Below are positions 1 to 11,007 of a stretch of DNA of 64,000 nt, in pieces. Within the stretch, counting starts at the first letter, position 1; every line of letters begins with the position of its first letter. A model generated the notes under the pieces. It was not told where the DNA came from, did no database searches, and was given only the letters and a program-made list of their open reading frames with translations. The DNA is from Alphaproteobacteria bacterium (GTDB taxonomy: Bacteria; Pseudomonadota; Alphaproteobacteria; Rhodobacterales; Rhodobacteraceae): NCBI GenBank assembly GCA_030432315.1, contig JAUIHM010000003.1, positions 1,895-65,894 of the forward strand, read 5' to 3'. Position numbers and translations under genes: made by a program.

Positions 1-757
1 GGTCAACTCCAGGGATGCGATGCCGCGTGGTGGCGAAGTACGGATCTCCACCCGGTCCGTACATCTGAAGGAAGACCTGCACCGTGATCGGGCTGTGGTG
101 TTCAAGGGCGACTATGTGGTGGTGGAAGTTGCCGACTCCGGGACGGGAATTCCAAAGGACAAACTGAACAAGATCTTTGAACCGTTCTTCACGACCAAGC
201 AGGTCGGTGAAGGCACGGGCCTTGGCTTGTCTACCGTGTACGGAATAATCAAACAGACGGGCGGGTTTATTTTTGCGGACAGTCCTTCCGGCGGTGGCGC
301 CACTTTTACGATATACCTCCCTGCCTATGACAGAACCGACCCGCCGGGTCCGGTTGAATCGGAGGTCAAACAACCGAGGGATCTCACCGGACGTGGATTG
401 GTTCTGCTGGTTGAAGACGAGGATGCGGTTCGATCTTTCGCCGCAAGGGCATTGCAGTTGCGCGGATATACGGTTGTCGAAGCGGCTTCCGGAGAAGAAG
501 CGTTGGATCTGCTCAAAGACGGGTCGCTTGAAGTCGACATTCTCCTGTCTGACGTAATCATGCCTGGCCTAGACGGCCCGGCTTGGGTGCGCGAGGCCCG
601 CAAAACAAGGCCGGACACGAAGGTCGTTTTCATGTCGGGTTACACGGAAGATGCATTCTCGGGTGGAGATTCCGGTATTCCGGATGCCGGTTTCCTCCCC
701 AAGCCATTCTCTCTCCCCGAGCTGACACAGAAGGTCAAGGAGACGCTGGATTCCTGA
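1..757 (+). CDS. cckA: Hybrid sensor histidine kinase CckA, C-terminal part (HATPase + receiver), truncated by the window edge
   Basis: DSGTGI, FEPFFTTK and GEGTGLGL ATPase motifs, followed by a REC domain (LLVEDE...DVIMPG...FLPKPF); cckA directly upstream of recA is typical Rhodobacterales synteny. Confidence 0.88.
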   Translation, partial: VNSRDAMPRGGEVRISTRSVHLKEDLHRDRAVVFKGDYVVVEVADSGTGIPKDKLNKIFEPFFTTKQVGEGTGLGLSTVYGIIKQTGGFIFADSPSGGGATFTIYLPAYDRTDPPGPVESEVKQPRDLTGRGLVLLVEDEDAVRSFAARALQLRGYTVVEAASGEEALDLLKDGSLEVDILLSDVIMPGLDGPAWVREARKTRPDTKVVFMSGYTEDAFSGGDSGIPDAGFLPKPFSLPELTQKVKETLDS

Positions 758-855
758 TTGCTATGATGTTTCTCCGGTTCACCATAACCGTGTTTTTGAC
801 CATAAGTCAAAAAAATATGTTGATTTGTTCCCGTTTTGATCTAACTGTGAGTGCG

Positions 856-870
856 GAACAAGCCATGAAC
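856..870 (+). promoter_or_regulatory. LexA (SOS) box upstream of recA
   Basis: GAAC-AAGCCAT-GAAC matches the alphaproteobacterial GAAC-N7-GAAC consensus; a second degenerate box GTTC-N7-GATC lies at 827-841. Confidence 0.9.
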
Positions 871-916
871 AAAAGCTGATTGCCGATGGCTTATTGGTAT
901 GGAATAAGAGGCTCAC

Positions 917-1996
917 ATGAACTCATCAGTTGTGGATATTTCCGGAAGGCGTGGAATGGATAAGCAAAAGGCCCTCGAATCTGCTCTGTCACAAATTGAA
1001 CGCAGCTTCGGCAAAGGTTCCATCATGCGCCTGGGACAAACTCCAGCGCTTGACGTCGAAGCAATTTCGACCGGATCAATCGGGCTTGACATCGCTCTTG
1101 GCATTGGTGGGCTGCCCAAGGGAAGGATCATCGAAATTTACGGTCCGGAAAGTTCCGGGAAGACCACACTTGCGCTCCACGTTATAGCAGAAGAGCAAAA
1201 GAACGGTGGCATCTGCGCCTTTGTCGATGCGGAACACGCTCTCGATCCTGTTTACGCGAGAAAACTGGGGGTCGACATTGATGAGATGCTCATCAGCCAG
1301 CCTGATACCGGTGAGCAGGCGCTCGAAATCACCGAAACCCTGATCCGGTCGGGCGCGGTTTCAGTTGTGGTGGTCGACTCTGTAGCGGCCCTTACGCCCA
1401 AAAATGAACTCGAAGGGGATATGGGCGACTCCCAGGTTGGTGCCCAGGCTCGCCTGATGAGCCAGGCAATGCGCAAACTGACTTCGGCAATCAGCCGGTC
1501 ACACTGTATGGTGATCTTTATCAACCAAATTCGAATGAAGATCGGCGTGATGTTTGGCAGCCCGGAAACAACGTCGGGCGGAAACGCTCTAAAATTCTAC
1601 GCCAGCGTGAGGCTGGATATTCGCCGCATCGGCGCTGTAAAGGACCGTGATGAGGTGGTTGGCAACGCCACGAGGGTCAAAGTGGTCAAAAACAAGGTGG
1701 CACCTCCATTTAAACAGGTGGAGTTTGACATCATGTATGGAGAAGGAATTTCCAAGCGGGGTGAACTCATCGATCTCGGTGTGAAGGCCGGAGTGGTGGA
1801 AAAGTCCGGCGCTTGGTATTCCTACAAGGATCAGCGGATTGGTCAGGGGCGGGAGAATGCAAAAACCTTCCTCAAGGAGAGCCCTGATATAGCATATGAA
1901 ATTGAGGATAATATCCGCGCAGCTCACGGCTTGGACTTTGACATGGGTCGCGAAACCAAGGATGAAATACTCGATGACGACGATGCCGCAATGTAG
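917..1996 (+). CDS. recA: Recombinase RecA
   Basis: GPESSGKTT Walker [40 protein letters not shown] signature. Confidence 0.99.
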   Translation: MNSSVVDISGRRGMDKQKALESALSQIERSFGKGSIMRLGQTPALDVEAISTGSIGLDIALGIGGLPKGRIIEIYGPESSGKTTLALHVIAEEQKNGGICAFVDAEHALDPVYARKLGVDIDEMLISQPDTGEQALEITETLIRSGAVSVVVVDSVAALTPKNELEGDMGDSQVGAQARLMSQAMRKLTSAISRSHCMVIFINQIRMKIGVMFGSPETTSGGNALKFYASVRLDIRRIGAVKDRDEVVGNATRVKVVKNKVAPPFKQVEFDIMYGEGISKRGELIDLGVKAGVVEKSGAWYSYKDQRIGQGRENAKTFLKESPDIAYEIEDNIRAAHGLDFDMGRETKDEILDDDDAAM

Positions 1997-2726
1997 GCCG
2001 GCTAAGTATGTCCAAAGAAGAAGTCGATGGTGCCGTGGTGCGGTCTCATCTCCTTCCTGGGGAGCGGTCACTTGGAACTGCCCTCCATTTTGAAAGCATG
2101 GCACTAACCCGAGATTGCTGGACTTCATGCAGTTCCGGGGTCCGTTTCTGGACTTCCCAACACCCTTCTCGATTTTGTGGTGTCGGTGACGTACCTTTGG
2201 TCGACCTTGGATTGCTTGGGACTCACTGACTGAAAGACGGGTTGACGAACGGAATTGGTCATTGCCGTATGGTGCGACTTTGCCCTGTCGTGCATCAGAG
2301 GTAGGCAGTTCAATGTCATGAACCGGCTATTCTTGTGAAGAGCCATGCTCGGTAAACTTGACCATGTGATCTGAGTTGTTGGACGGGACATAGGCAACTG
2401 GACATGACCGGGTCCACAGATCCAGTGATGTCACAATGATTCCATTGGTGACATGGTCGAATTCTGTGCGCATGTGGGGCGGCACAAACACAACTGGTGA
2501 GAGTCTGGCAACCCCCAAAACCTATGCTGAAACCGTGCCGCTGGAAAGAAGTACCTCGCATGTCGAAATTTGCCATGCCGACCAATTGCGTCAGGCCGCA
2601 ACCGCACCGCGCCACCAAGCAGACGTAGACATTGCGCGATCGTAGCGATAACACCGCTCATTGAACGATGTCCGGGCGGCAGATCTTTCCGGTACTCCAC
2701 CACCCATGTTTGCGGATGCAGTTGCC

Positions 2727-5396
2727 ATGTCGAGCCTAAATGAAATACGAACCAAATTTCTCGAATACTTCGGGAAGAATGGTCACGCCGTTGTGCCGAG
2801 TTCACCGCTGGTGCCGCGGAACGACCCTACACTCATGTTCGTCAATTCGGGAATGGTGCAGTTCAAGAACGTATTCACCGGTCTCGAGCACCGGGATTAC
2901 TCCACGGCGACAACCAGTCAGAAATGCGTGCGGGCTGGTGGCAAGCACAATGACCTGGACAATGTCGGTTATACGGCGCGGCATCATACATTCTTTGAAA
3001 TGCTGGGAAATTTTTCCTTTGGCAACTATTTCAAAGAGAATGCCATCTCTCTGGCCTGGACGCTTCTGACCAAGGAATTCGGCCTGCCAAAAGAAAGGCT
3101 CCTTGTGACCGTCTATCATGATGACGAGGAAGCCGCAGCTCTGTGGAGGTCCGTCGCAGGCTTGCCCGACGACCGGATCATCCGCATCGCGACAAGCGAC
3201 AACTTTTGGTCGATGGGACCGACCGGACCATGTGGTCCATGCTCGGAAATATTCTACGATCATGGCCCGGAGATACCAGGAGGTCCTCCCGGAAGTCCCG
3301 ATGAGGATGGGGACAGGTTCATTGAAATCTGGAACCTGGTGTTCATGCAGTACGATCAGCAGGAAAACGGAGAACGTTTGCCGCTGCCCCGCCCCTCAAT
3401 TGATACGGGTATGGGTTTGGAGCGGATCGGCGCCGTGTTACAGGGAGTGCACGACAATTATGATACCGATCTGTTTCGCAGTCTGATTGAGGCCTCGGCG
3501 TCGCAGACTGACGGTTCACCGTATGGTCCTGGAAGGCTTCATCACAGAGTCATTGCCGACCATTTGCGATCAACGTCGTTTTTGATTGCCGACGGCGTCC
3601 TGCCGTCCAACGAGGGGCGCGGTTACGTATTGCGGCGTGTCATGCGTCGGGCGATGCGTCATGCCCACCTTTTGGGTGCGGAAGATCCGGTCATGTATCG
3701 CATGGTGCCTGCCCTGGTATCACAGATGGGACAGGCGTTTCCGGAACTGGCCCGCGCACAGACGCTGGTGGAGGAAACCCTTCAATCCGAAGAGGTGCGT
3801 TTCAAGGCAATGCTGAGGCGGGGTCTGCGACTGCTTGAGGATGAAATTCGGGACCTGCCGGCAGGGGCATCCATGCCGGGGGAAACGGCCTTCCGTCTCT
3901 ATGATACGTTTGGCTTCCCGCTTGATCTGACCCAAGATGCTCTGCGCGAGCATGATCTGGCGGTTGATACAGCCGGGTTCGACATTGCAATGGCGGAGCA
4001 GAAGCGCATGGCGCGCACTGCGTGGTCGGGCTCCGGAGAGGCCGCCGACGAAGCGATCTGGTTCGATCTGGCTGACCGTTATGGGTCGACCGAATTTGTC
4101 GGTTACGATGCCGAAAAAGCTGAGGGACAAATTCTGGCTTTGGTTCAGGGCGGTATTCTGAAAGACCGTGCAGGTGCCGGAGCAGATGTGCAGGTGGTCC
4201 TGAATCAGACGCCATTCTACGCGGAATCGGGCGGCCAGGTCGGTGACACTGGCACACTTCAGGCCGCCGGGGCGAAGGTTTCGATCCGTGATGTTCAGAG
4301 ACGTGCGGGACTGTTTATCCACATGGCACATGTGGACGAAGGCGAACTGGTGTTGCAGTCGTCGGCCGTTTTGTCCGTAGATCCGATGCGTCGCTCCGCC
4401 ATTCGTGCCAATCATTCAGCTACCCACCTTCTGCATGAGGCACTTCGGCAGACGCTCGGTGACCATGTTGCGCAGCGAGGCTCTCTGGTGGCACCCGATC
4501 GCTTGAGATTTGACTTTGCCCACAATGCGCCGCTCACGTTGGAGCAGATCTCCGGCATCGAGGCTGACGTAAATGCATTCATTCGTCAGAATTCCCGGGT
4601 CGAAACACGGATCATGACGCCTGACAGCGCTCAGGAGCTAGGGGCAAGAGCGCTTTTTGGCGAAAAGTACGGCGACGAAGTGCGGGTCGTATCAATGGGC
4701 CGTCGCTCGGGCAGCGGACTCGGGCACAACGGCGATACCTACTCGCTGGAACTGTGTGGCGGTACGCATGTGGCACGTACGGGCGAAATTGGGCTGTTCA
4801 AACTGATCTCCGAATCCGCGTCGTCGAGCGGCGTCCGTCGTATTGAAGCACTGACCGGTGACGATGCGATCCGTCAGGTTGCCGAGAATGAGAGTGCGCT
4901 CACGGAGGCCGCCGCCTTGATCAAGGCGCGACCGTCGGAACTGGCGGAGCGCATCAGGACGTTGCTTAGTGAACGTCGTTCGCAGTCGAATGAGTTGACG
5001 GAACTGCGCCGCAAACTGGCGCTGGCAGAGGGTGCGGGAACTACCGGCTCGGCGGCTGAAGTGATTGGCGGCGTGCCGCTTGTCGCGCAGGCTCTTGAGG
5101 GTGTCACAGGAAAGGATCTGAGGGGACTGATTGACGATCACAAACAGCGCCTTGGTTCTGGCGTTGTAGTACTGGTTGCAGACACCGGTGGTCGGGCAGC
5201 AGTCGCAGCAGGAGTGACCGACGATCTGGTTGTGAAGGTATCCGCAGTTGATCTGGTTCAGGCAGCGGCATCCGCGCTTGGCGGAAAGGGTGGCGGAGGC
5301 CGGCCAGACATGGCACAGGCCGGTGGTCCCGACCCGTCGAAAGCGCAAGAAGCCCTTGCTGCAGCCCGCGCCGCACTTGCCGAGGCGCTAGCATAG
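2727..5396 (+). CDS. alaS: Alanine--tRNA ligase
   Basis: [41 protein letters not shown] editing motifs, GGKGGG C-terminus; start moved to ATG 2727 (MSSLNEIR). Confidence 0.99.
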   Translation: MSSLNEIRTKFLEYFGKNGHAVVPSSPLVPRNDPTLMFVNSGMVQFKNVFTGLEHRDYSTATTSQKCVRAGGKHNDLDNVGYTARHHTFFEMLGNFSFGNYFKENAISLAWTLLTKEFGLPKERLLVTVYHDDEEAAALWRSVAGLPDDRIIRIATSDNFWSMGPTGPCGPCSEIFYDHGPEIPGGPPGSPDEDGDRFIEIWNLVFMQYDQQENGERLPLPRPSIDTGMGLERIGAVLQGVHDNYDTDLFRSLIEASASQTDGSPYGPGRLHHRVIADHLRSTSFLIADGVLPSNEGRGYVLRRVMRRAMRHAHLLGAEDPVMYRMVPALVSQMGQAFPELARAQTLVEETLQSEEVRFKAMLRRGLRLLEDEIRDLPAGASMPGETAFRLYDTFGFPLDLTQDALREHDLAVDTAGFDIAMAEQKRMARTAWSGSGEAADEAIWFDLADRYGSTEFVGYDAEKAEGQILALVQGGILKDRAGAGADVQVVLNQTPFYAESGGQVGDTGTLQAAGAKVSIRDVQRRAGLFIHMAHVDEGELVLQSSAVLSVDPMRRSAIRANHSATHLLHEALRQTLGDHVAQRGSLVAPDRLRFDFAHNAPLTLEQISGIEADVNAFIRQNSRVETRIMTPDSAQELGARALFGEKYGDEVRVVSMGRRSGSGLGHNGDTYSLELCGGTHVARTGEIGLFKLISESASSSGVRRIEALTGDDAIRQVAENESALTEAAALIKARPSELAERIRTLLSERRSQSNELTELRRKLALAEGAGTTGSAAEVIGGVPLVAQALEGVTGKDLRGLIDDHKQRLGSGVVVLVADTGGRAAVAAGVTDDLVVKVSAVDLVQAAASALGGKGGGGRPDMAQAGGPDPSKAQEALAAARAALAEALA

Positions 5397-5422
5397 CAAT
5401 CGAAGAAACAGGGAGAACTCGA

Positions 5423-5707
5423 ATGCCTGCATACTGGATAGCGCATGTAACGGTGACCGACGATTCGTCTTACAAGCAATATGCTGCACGGGCCACAGGC
5501 GCGATCGAAGCTCATGGCGGCAAATTTCTGGCCCGCGGCGGTCGACACGTCCAACTGGAGGGTGTTGATCGCGCGCGACATGTCGTCGTTGAGTTTCCCG
5601 ACATCGAGTCGGCTGAACGTTGCTACAATTCGGATAGCTACCAGGAGGCCCTTGGTTTTGCCCGCGATGCCGCAATTCGCGACCTTGTGGTCGTTGAGAG
5701 TATTTGA
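5423..5707 (+). CDS. DUF1330 family protein
   Basis: HGGKFLARGG...VVVEFPD...CYNSDSYQEA pattern; typical neighbour of alaS. Confidence 0.9.
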   Translation: MPAYWIAHVTVTDDSSYKQYAARATGAIEAHGGKFLARGGRHVQLEGVDRARHVVVEFPDIESAERCYNSDSYQEALGFARDAAIRDLVVVESI

Positions 5708-5825
5708 GCCGGGCTCTTGACGGGGACAGTGTATCGCACTGAGGGTCCCCCAAGCTGTTCAGCCGCAACGTCGCTGAGACCACACTGACAGGTGAACCTG
5801 TCATACCTCTTAATGAATTTCAGTA

Positions 5826-5856
5826 GGCCGGAGCGGTCCTGTCGGGCGCTCCGGCC
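5826..5856. terminator. Hairpin between convergent DUF1330 and icd
   Basis: GGCCGGAGCG/CGCTCCGGCC 10-bp inverted repeat just past the icd stop. Confidence 0.55.
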
Positions 5857-5865
5857 CTTCGCCCG

Positions 5866-7077
5866 TCAGTCGAGCGATTTATTCAGGTTTTCGTCGACTT
5901 TTTCGAGGAACCCCATGGTGGTGAGCCACTTCTGGTCAGGTCCGACGAGCAGGGCAAGATCTTTCGTCATGTCACCAGACTCAACGGTTTCGACCACAAC
6001 CTTCTCGAGCGTCTCCGCAAAGTTCATCAGCGCGGCATTGTCATCGAGTTTTGCGCGATGCTTGAGGCCGCCGGTCCATGCGTAGATCGATGCCACCGAA
6101 TTGGTCGAGGTTTCTTTGCCGGCCTGATGCTGACGGTAGTGGCGGGTAACCGTGCCATGGGCGGCTTCGGCCTCTACGGTCTGGCCGTCGGGAGTCATGA
6201 GCACCGAGGTCATCAAACCGAGTGAGCCGAACCCCTGTGCGACCGTGTCCGACTGAACGTCGCCATCGTAGTTCTTACAGGCCCAGACATATCCACCGTT
6301 CCACTTCATCGCGCAGGCGACCATGTCATCGATCAGGCGATGTTCATAGGTTATTCCCGCTGCCTTGAATTTTTCCTCAAATTCCTCTTCGAATACTTTC
6401 TGGAAGAGATCTTTGAAACGGCCGTCATAGGCTTTCAGAATGGTGTTCTTGGTCGAGAGATAGACCGGCCATCCCAAGCTTAGGCCGTAGTTCATTGACG
6501 CACGCGCAAAATCGATGATCGACTCGTCCAGATTGTACATTGCCATAGTTACGCCGCCGCCAGGAGCCTGAAACACCTCACGTTCGATGGTCTGCCCGTC
6601 GTCGCCGACAAATTTGATGGTGAGTTTGCCGGACCCTGGGAACACAAAATCGGTCGCGCGGTACTGATCGCCATAGGCGTGCCTGCCGACGACGATAGGT
6701 TTGGTCCAGCCCGGCACAAGGCGCGGTACATTCTGGCAGATGATTGGCTGGCGAAAAATGACACCCCCGAGAATATTGCGAATAGTACCGTTCGGTGAAC
6801 GGTACATGCGTTTCAGCCCAAATTCCTCGACGCGTTGCTCATCTGGTGTGATCGTCGCACACTTTACCCCTACGCCAAACTCCTTGATCGCATTTGCGGC
6901 GTCGACCGTGATCTGGTCGTCGGTCCGGTCGCGTTCTTCAATTCCGAGATCGTAATATTTCAGGTCGATGTCGAGATAGGGAAGAATGAGTTTCTGTTTG
7001 ATGAAATCCCAGATGATCCGGGTCATTTCATCGCCGTCAAGTTCGACGACCGGGTTGGCGACTTTGATCTTGGTCAT
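5866..7077 (-). CDS. icd: NADP-dependent isocitrate dehydrogenase
   Basis: [47 protein letters not shown]. Confidence 0.98.
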   Translation of the reverse strand: MTKIKVANPVVELDGDEMTRIIWDFIKQKLILPYLDIDLKYYDLGIEERDRTDDQITVDAANAIKEFGVGVKCATITPDEQRVEEFGLKRMYRSPNGTIRNILGGVIFRQPIICQNVPRLVPGWTKPIVVGRHAYGDQYRATDFVFPGSGKLTIKFVGDDGQTIEREVFQAPGGGVTMAMYNLDESIIDFARASMNYGLSLGWPVYLSTKNTILKAYDGRFKDLFQKVFEEEFEEKFKAAGITYEHRLIDDMVACAMKWNGGYVWACKNYDGDVQSDTVAQGFGSLGLMTSVLMTPDGQTVEAEAAHGTVTRHYRQHQAGKETSTNSVASIYAWTGGLKHRAKLDDNAALMNFAETLEKVVVETVESGDMTKDLALLVGPDQKWLTTMGFLEKVDENLNKSLD

Positions 7078-7244
7078 TTGGGCTCCTGCGGTAACTGAGT
7101 GGGGGATGATCGCTTTGCATTAGCTGAATCGAGACGCGTTGGAAAGAGATGTATACGTGAGTATACATAAAATCCCGAATGCCGCTGAAACTTGCCGTTT
7201 CTTGCGTCTCTGCGTATGAGGGCCGGTGAAAAGCAGGGATCAGG

Positions 7245-8021
7245 ATGTTGTCCGGAACAGACCAAAGTCGGAGCAGGATAGAGCCGCGTTCGCAACCGGC
7301 TATGGTTCTGGTGAATCCGCAGATGGGCGAAAATATCGGCGCCGCAGCCCGGGCGATGTGGAACTTCGGCCTTGACCGCCTGAGGATAGTCAATCCGCGT
7401 GATGGATGGCCCAATCCGAAAGCCGACGCGATGGCGAGCGGTGCCGGGCGATTGCTTGACGAAGCGTGGCTGACCAGAACGACGGCGGAGGCCTGCGCGG
7501 ATCTGACATACGTTTTTGCCACAACCGCAAGGGACAGGGCGCTGACGAAAAGGGTGGTTACACCTGAGGTTGCCGTGGCGGAGGCGCTTGAACTGACTGC
7601 GGCGGGGGAGAAGGTCGGGTTTCTGTTCGGAGCGGAACGGGCAGGGCTGGACAAGGCGGATGTCACGCGTGCCAATTCTATTGTCTCGGTTCCGGTCAAT
7701 CCGGCGTTCGGTTCGCTGAACCTGGCGCAGTGCGTTCTGCTGGTGGCATATGAGTGGGGGCGGCAGAGTTCCGAGACCCCAAAAGAGGTGCTGCCGATGC
7801 AGGGCGGGAGGTTGGCTGCTGCGGGCGAAGTTGATGGCCTGATCGCGCGTGTTGTAGAGAGACTTGATAACGTTGGATTCTTTTATCCGGAGGCCAAGCG
7901 CCAGCGGATGATCACAAATCTGGAAAACCTCTTTCGTCGCGCGGCGATGACAAATGCAGATGTGCAGACACTGCACGGAGTGACGCGGGCGCTTTCTGAA
8001 AAGGTGCGGGGGCGCAAATGA
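7245..8021 (+). CDS. trmJ: TrmJ/LasT family SPOUT RNA methyltransferase
   Basis: PQMGENIGAAARAM, FGAERAGL, SLNLAQ motifs. Confidence 0.88.
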   Translation: MLSGTDQSRSRIEPRSQPAMVLVNPQMGENIGAAARAMWNFGLDRLRIVNPRDGWPNPKADAMASGAGRLLDEAWLTRTTAEACADLTYVFATTARDRALTKRVVTPEVAVAEALELTAAGEKVGFLFGAERAGLDKADVTRANSIVSVPVNPAFGSLNLAQCVLLVAYEWGRQSSETPKEVLPMQGGRLAAAGEVDGLIARVVERLDNVGFFYPEAKRQRMITNLENLFRRAAMTNADVQTLHGVTRALSEKVRGRK

Positions 8022-8078
8022 GTATTGGAGAGAAGTGCGTTTGGTTTGTTGCCGCTTTACAGGCAGGTGGAGAATGAA

Positions 8079-9215
8079 ATGAGCAAGTCTCGCAGCATTT
8101 TCGAAGAAGTTGACAGCTCAAAGAGTGAGGCCAAAACTGAAATCGCGATCAGAAAGCGGCGCGTTTACCCGCGCGGGGCGATTGCGGTCTGGATTTCCGT
8201 GCTGTTCGTTCTCGCTTTCGCGATGATCGTCGTCGGCGGGCTGACGAGGTTGACCGAGTCCGGGCTTTCAATCACCGAATGGAAGCCGGTCACCGGTGTT
8301 GTGCCACCGATGAATGAAGCGGACTGGGCGGGGGAGTTTGAAAAATACCAGCAAATTCCGCAATTTGAGTTGCTGAACCCGGAAATGACGGTCGAGGAGT
8401 TCAAGTCGATTTACTGGTGGGAATGGTCGCACCGGGTGTTGGGGCGATTGGTCGGGCTGGTATGGGTCGTGGGCTTCGTAGGCTTTCTTGCCACCCGCAA
8501 TATTCCTCCGGGCTGGACCGGGCGATTGTTGGGGCTCGGGATTCTTGGTGGAATTCAAGGGTTTATCGGTTGGTGGATGGTGGCCAGCGGACTGGGGAGC
8601 GGGATGGTGAGTGTGGCGCCGTACCGGTTGGCGGTGCATCTGGGGCTGGCTTTCGCGATTTTGGGGCTGATTGCCTGGTATGTGATGACCCTGCGGCGCA
8701 GTGAACAGGATCTGTTGCAGGCGCGGCGGCAGCGCAGCGAGGTGCTGATGCGCTGGGGCGGAATTCTGGTTTTTTTCGCTTTCTTTCAGATACTTCTGGG
8801 CGCCTTGGTTGCGGGAAACGACGCGGGTCGAGGGTATATTGACTGGCCGCTGATTGGTGGGCGGATTTTGCCGGAGGATGCATTCGAGATCGCTCCCTGG
8901 TGGAAAAACTTCGTGGAAACCCAGATACTTGTGCAGTTCAATCACCGGATTGGCGGCTATGTCCTGGCGATCCTAGGGGCGGTGGCGTGGATACGCAGCC
9001 GGAAATCGGGTCAGGTGCATGTGCGACGGGCGTTCGACGCGATGGCGGTTGCCCTGATCGCGCAAATTGTCCTTGGAATCTATACACTTGTCAACGCATC
9101 GCCGTGGCAGATCGCGATTCTGCATCAGGCGGGGGCGGTGGTTCTGTTCGTGCTGGTGATCCGGGCACGGTTCGCGGCGTTCTATCCAAAAAGCCAGCGG
9201 ATCGCCCGGAGCTGA
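8079..9215 (+). CDS. ctaA: Heme A synthase (COX15/CtaA)
   Basis: GGLTRLTESGLSITEWKPV, WEWSHR, HL/HR/HQ heme-ligand helices; start set at ATG 8079. Confidence 0.95.
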   Translation: MSKSRSIFEEVDSSKSEAKTEIAIRKRRVYPRGAIAVWISVLFVLAFAMIVVGGLTRLTESGLSITEWKPVTGVVPPMNEADWAGEFEKYQQIPQFELLNPEMTVEEFKSIYWWEWSHRVLGRLVGLVWVVGFVGFLATRNIPPGWTGRLLGLGILGGIQGFIGWWMVASGLGSGMVSVAPYRLAVHLGLAFAILGLIAWYVMTLRRSEQDLLQARRQRSEVLMRWGGILVFFAFFQILLGALVAGNDAGRGYIDWPLIGGRILPEDAFEIAPWWKNFVETQILVQFNHRIGGYVLAILGAVAWIRSRKSGQVHVRRAFDAMAVALIAQIVLGIYTLVNASPWQIAILHQAGAVVLFVLVIRARFAAFYPKSQRIARS

Positions 9216-9239
9216 CCGCCGTTAACCATGCGGCGATCG

Positions 9240-9279
9240 GATACCCTTTCGATACCCAACCCGTACCCTACTGATACCG
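9240..9279 (+). repeat. Four phased direct repeats (GATACCC-like) with an 11-bp period
   Basis: GATACCC at 9240, GATACCC at 9251, CGTACCC at 9262, GATACCG at 9273. Confidence 0.75.
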
Positions 9280-9369
9280 ACAATTCTCAAAAAATCGGAA
9301 AAGGTTAACCTGGTTCTGCGATTGGTTGTGTGATAGCCAGGATCAGTCGCAGAACGCTGACCTGGACAG

Positions 9370-9384
9370 GAACATAGAGAGAAC
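9370..9384 (+). promoter_or_regulatory. Putative LexA (SOS) box upstream of dcm
   Basis: GAAC-ATAGAGA-GAAC, perfect GAAC-N7-GAAC, immediately before a TTGACC -35-like hexamer (9390) and about 78 nt before the dcm ATG. Confidence 0.7.
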
Positions 9385-9461
9385 TTTTCTTGACCTGTCG
9401 GCGTCAGGCGTGCATTCATTGCCAACCGGCGGCGCGGGACAGAGACACGGGAGACAACACG

Positions 9462-10559
9462 ATGATCGAAGCGAAGGCGGTGCCTGCGGCGTTCCGGTTT
9501 GTGGATCTGTTCGCGGGGATCGGCGGACTTCGGATCGGCTTCGAAAGGATCGGCGGCGCGTGTGTCTTTACCAGCGAGTGGAACACATATTCTCAGAAAA
9601 CCTATATCGAGAATTTCGGCAGCGACCATCCGGTGACGGGTGACATCACCAGGATTGCCGAGGCGGATATCCCGGCGCATGACGTGCTGCTCGCCGGGTT
9701 TCCGTGCCAGCCGTTTTCCATCGCCGGGGTCAGCAAGAAAAATTCGCTGAACCGGGCGCATGGCTTCATGGATGAAACCCAGGGAACGCTGTTTTTCGAT
9801 GTGGCGCGGATCATCGGTCATCACCGGCCGCGTGCATTCGTTCTGGAGAACGTCAAGAATCTGGTGTCTCACGACAAGGGCAAGACCTTCGAGGTGATTC
9901 TCAAGGTTTTGCAGGAGGAACTCGGGTATCACGTTCATTTCCGGATCATCGATGCCCGGTCCTGGGTGCCACAGCACCGGGAACGAATCTTCATCGTCGG
10001 GTTTCGGGAGGATACTGGGTTTTCTTTCGACGACGTGCACATCCCGCCGCTGGCGGAAAACCCGACCCTGGCGTCGATCCTGCATCCGGAGGACGGCAGC
10101 GAGGCGGCGGAAGAGCCCTATACCAGCGGGCCGATGGGCAGGGTGGCGGACAAATACACCCTGAGTGACAAGCTGTGGGGCTATCTTCAGAATTATGCGG
10201 CCAAGCATCGGGCGAAGGGCAACGGGTTCGGTTACGGTCTGTTTGACGGGTCAGGCGTGGCCCGGACGCTTTCGGCGCGGTATTTCAAGGACGGGTCGGA
10301 GATCCTGATTGCGCAGAAGGGCAGGAACCCGCGGCGGCTGACGCCGCGTGAATGTGCACGGCTGATGGGGTTCGACCGCAGGGGCGGCAATCGACCCTTT
10401 GCCATTCCGGTTTCGGACACGCAGGCGTACAAGCAGTTTGGCAATGCGGTGGCGGCTCCGGTCGCGACGGCGATTGCCGAAGCAATGCAGCCGTGGGTCA
10501 CCGAGAATGTCATCCCGATCCAGTCCCGCAAGAAAGCCGCGGCCGCCGGTCAAAGCTGA
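9462..10559 (+). CDS. dcm: DNA (cytosine-5)-methyltransferase, Dcm/M.EcoRII-like (probable CCWGG specificity)
   Basis: FAGIGG motif I, GFPCQPFS catalytic motif [25 protein letters not shown] and [26 protein letters not shown]; ATG 9462 follows GGGAG. Confidence 0.95.
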   Translation: MIEAKAVPAAFRFVDLFAGIGGLRIGFERIGGACVFTSEWNTYSQKTYIENFGSDHPVTGDITRIAEADIPAHDVLLAGFPCQPFSIAGVSKKNSLNRAHGFMDETQGTLFFDVARIIGHHRPRAFVLENVKNLVSHDKGKTFEVILKVLQEELGYHVHFRIIDARSWVPQHRERIFIVGFREDTGFSFDDVHIPPLAENPTLASILHPEDGSEAAEEPYTSGPMGRVADKYTLSDKLWGYLQNYAAKHRAKGNGFGYGLFDGSGVARTLSARYFKDGSEILIAQKGRNPRRLTPRECARLMGFDRRGGNRPFAIPVSDTQAYKQFGNAVAAPVATAIAEAMQPWVTENVIPIQSRKKAAAAGQS

Positions 10560-11007
10560 CCGGCCGCTGACCCGATCCGAGGTTATGGCCCGGATCGGTC
10601 CGAAGGACACGAGACCGGAGATGGTGCTGCGCCGGGGGCTGCACGGTCGAGGGTTCCGTTATGCGCTGCACCGGAGGGACCTGCCGGGAAAGCCCGATCT
10701 GGTCTTTCCCAGATATGGTGCGGTGATCTTCGTCAACGGCTGTTTCTGGCACGGGCATGTCGGCTGCCCGCATTTCACCCTGCCAAAGGTCAATCGGGAG
10801 TTCTGGATTGGCAAGATTGGCCGCACCCGTGAGCGTGACGCGGAAGCGGTTGCCGCAGTGACTCGGATGGGGTGGCGGGTCTTGACGGTTTGGGAATGCA
10901 CGATGCGCGGCAAAACGGCGCTGGTGCCCGCGCTGCTGCTCGACCTGGTGGCGGCGTGGCTGCGCGATGGTGGGGGCAACTCGGTGATCTCGGGGGCGGT
11001 CGCGTGA
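10507..11007 (+). CDS. vsr: Very short patch repair endonuclease Vsr
   Basis: [45 protein letters not shown]; start is either ATG 10507 (overlapping dcm) or ATG 10585. Confidence 0.93.
   Translation: MSSRSSPARKPRPPVKADRPLTRSEVMARIGPKDTRPEMVLRRGLHGRGFRYALHRRDLPGKPDLVFPRYGAVIFVNGCFWHGHVGCPHFTLPKVNREFWIGKIGRTRERDAEAVAAVTRMGWRVLTVWECTMRGKTALVPALLLDLVAAWLRDGGGNSVISGAVA

Noticed and set aside
2008-2805. Short ORFs in the recA-alaS spacer
   Set aside because: No RBS, motif or codon-bias support; they overlap each other on both strands
9240-9279. CRISPR array or plasmid iterons
   Set aside because: Units are only 11 bp with no spacers, and there is no cas or rep gene nearby
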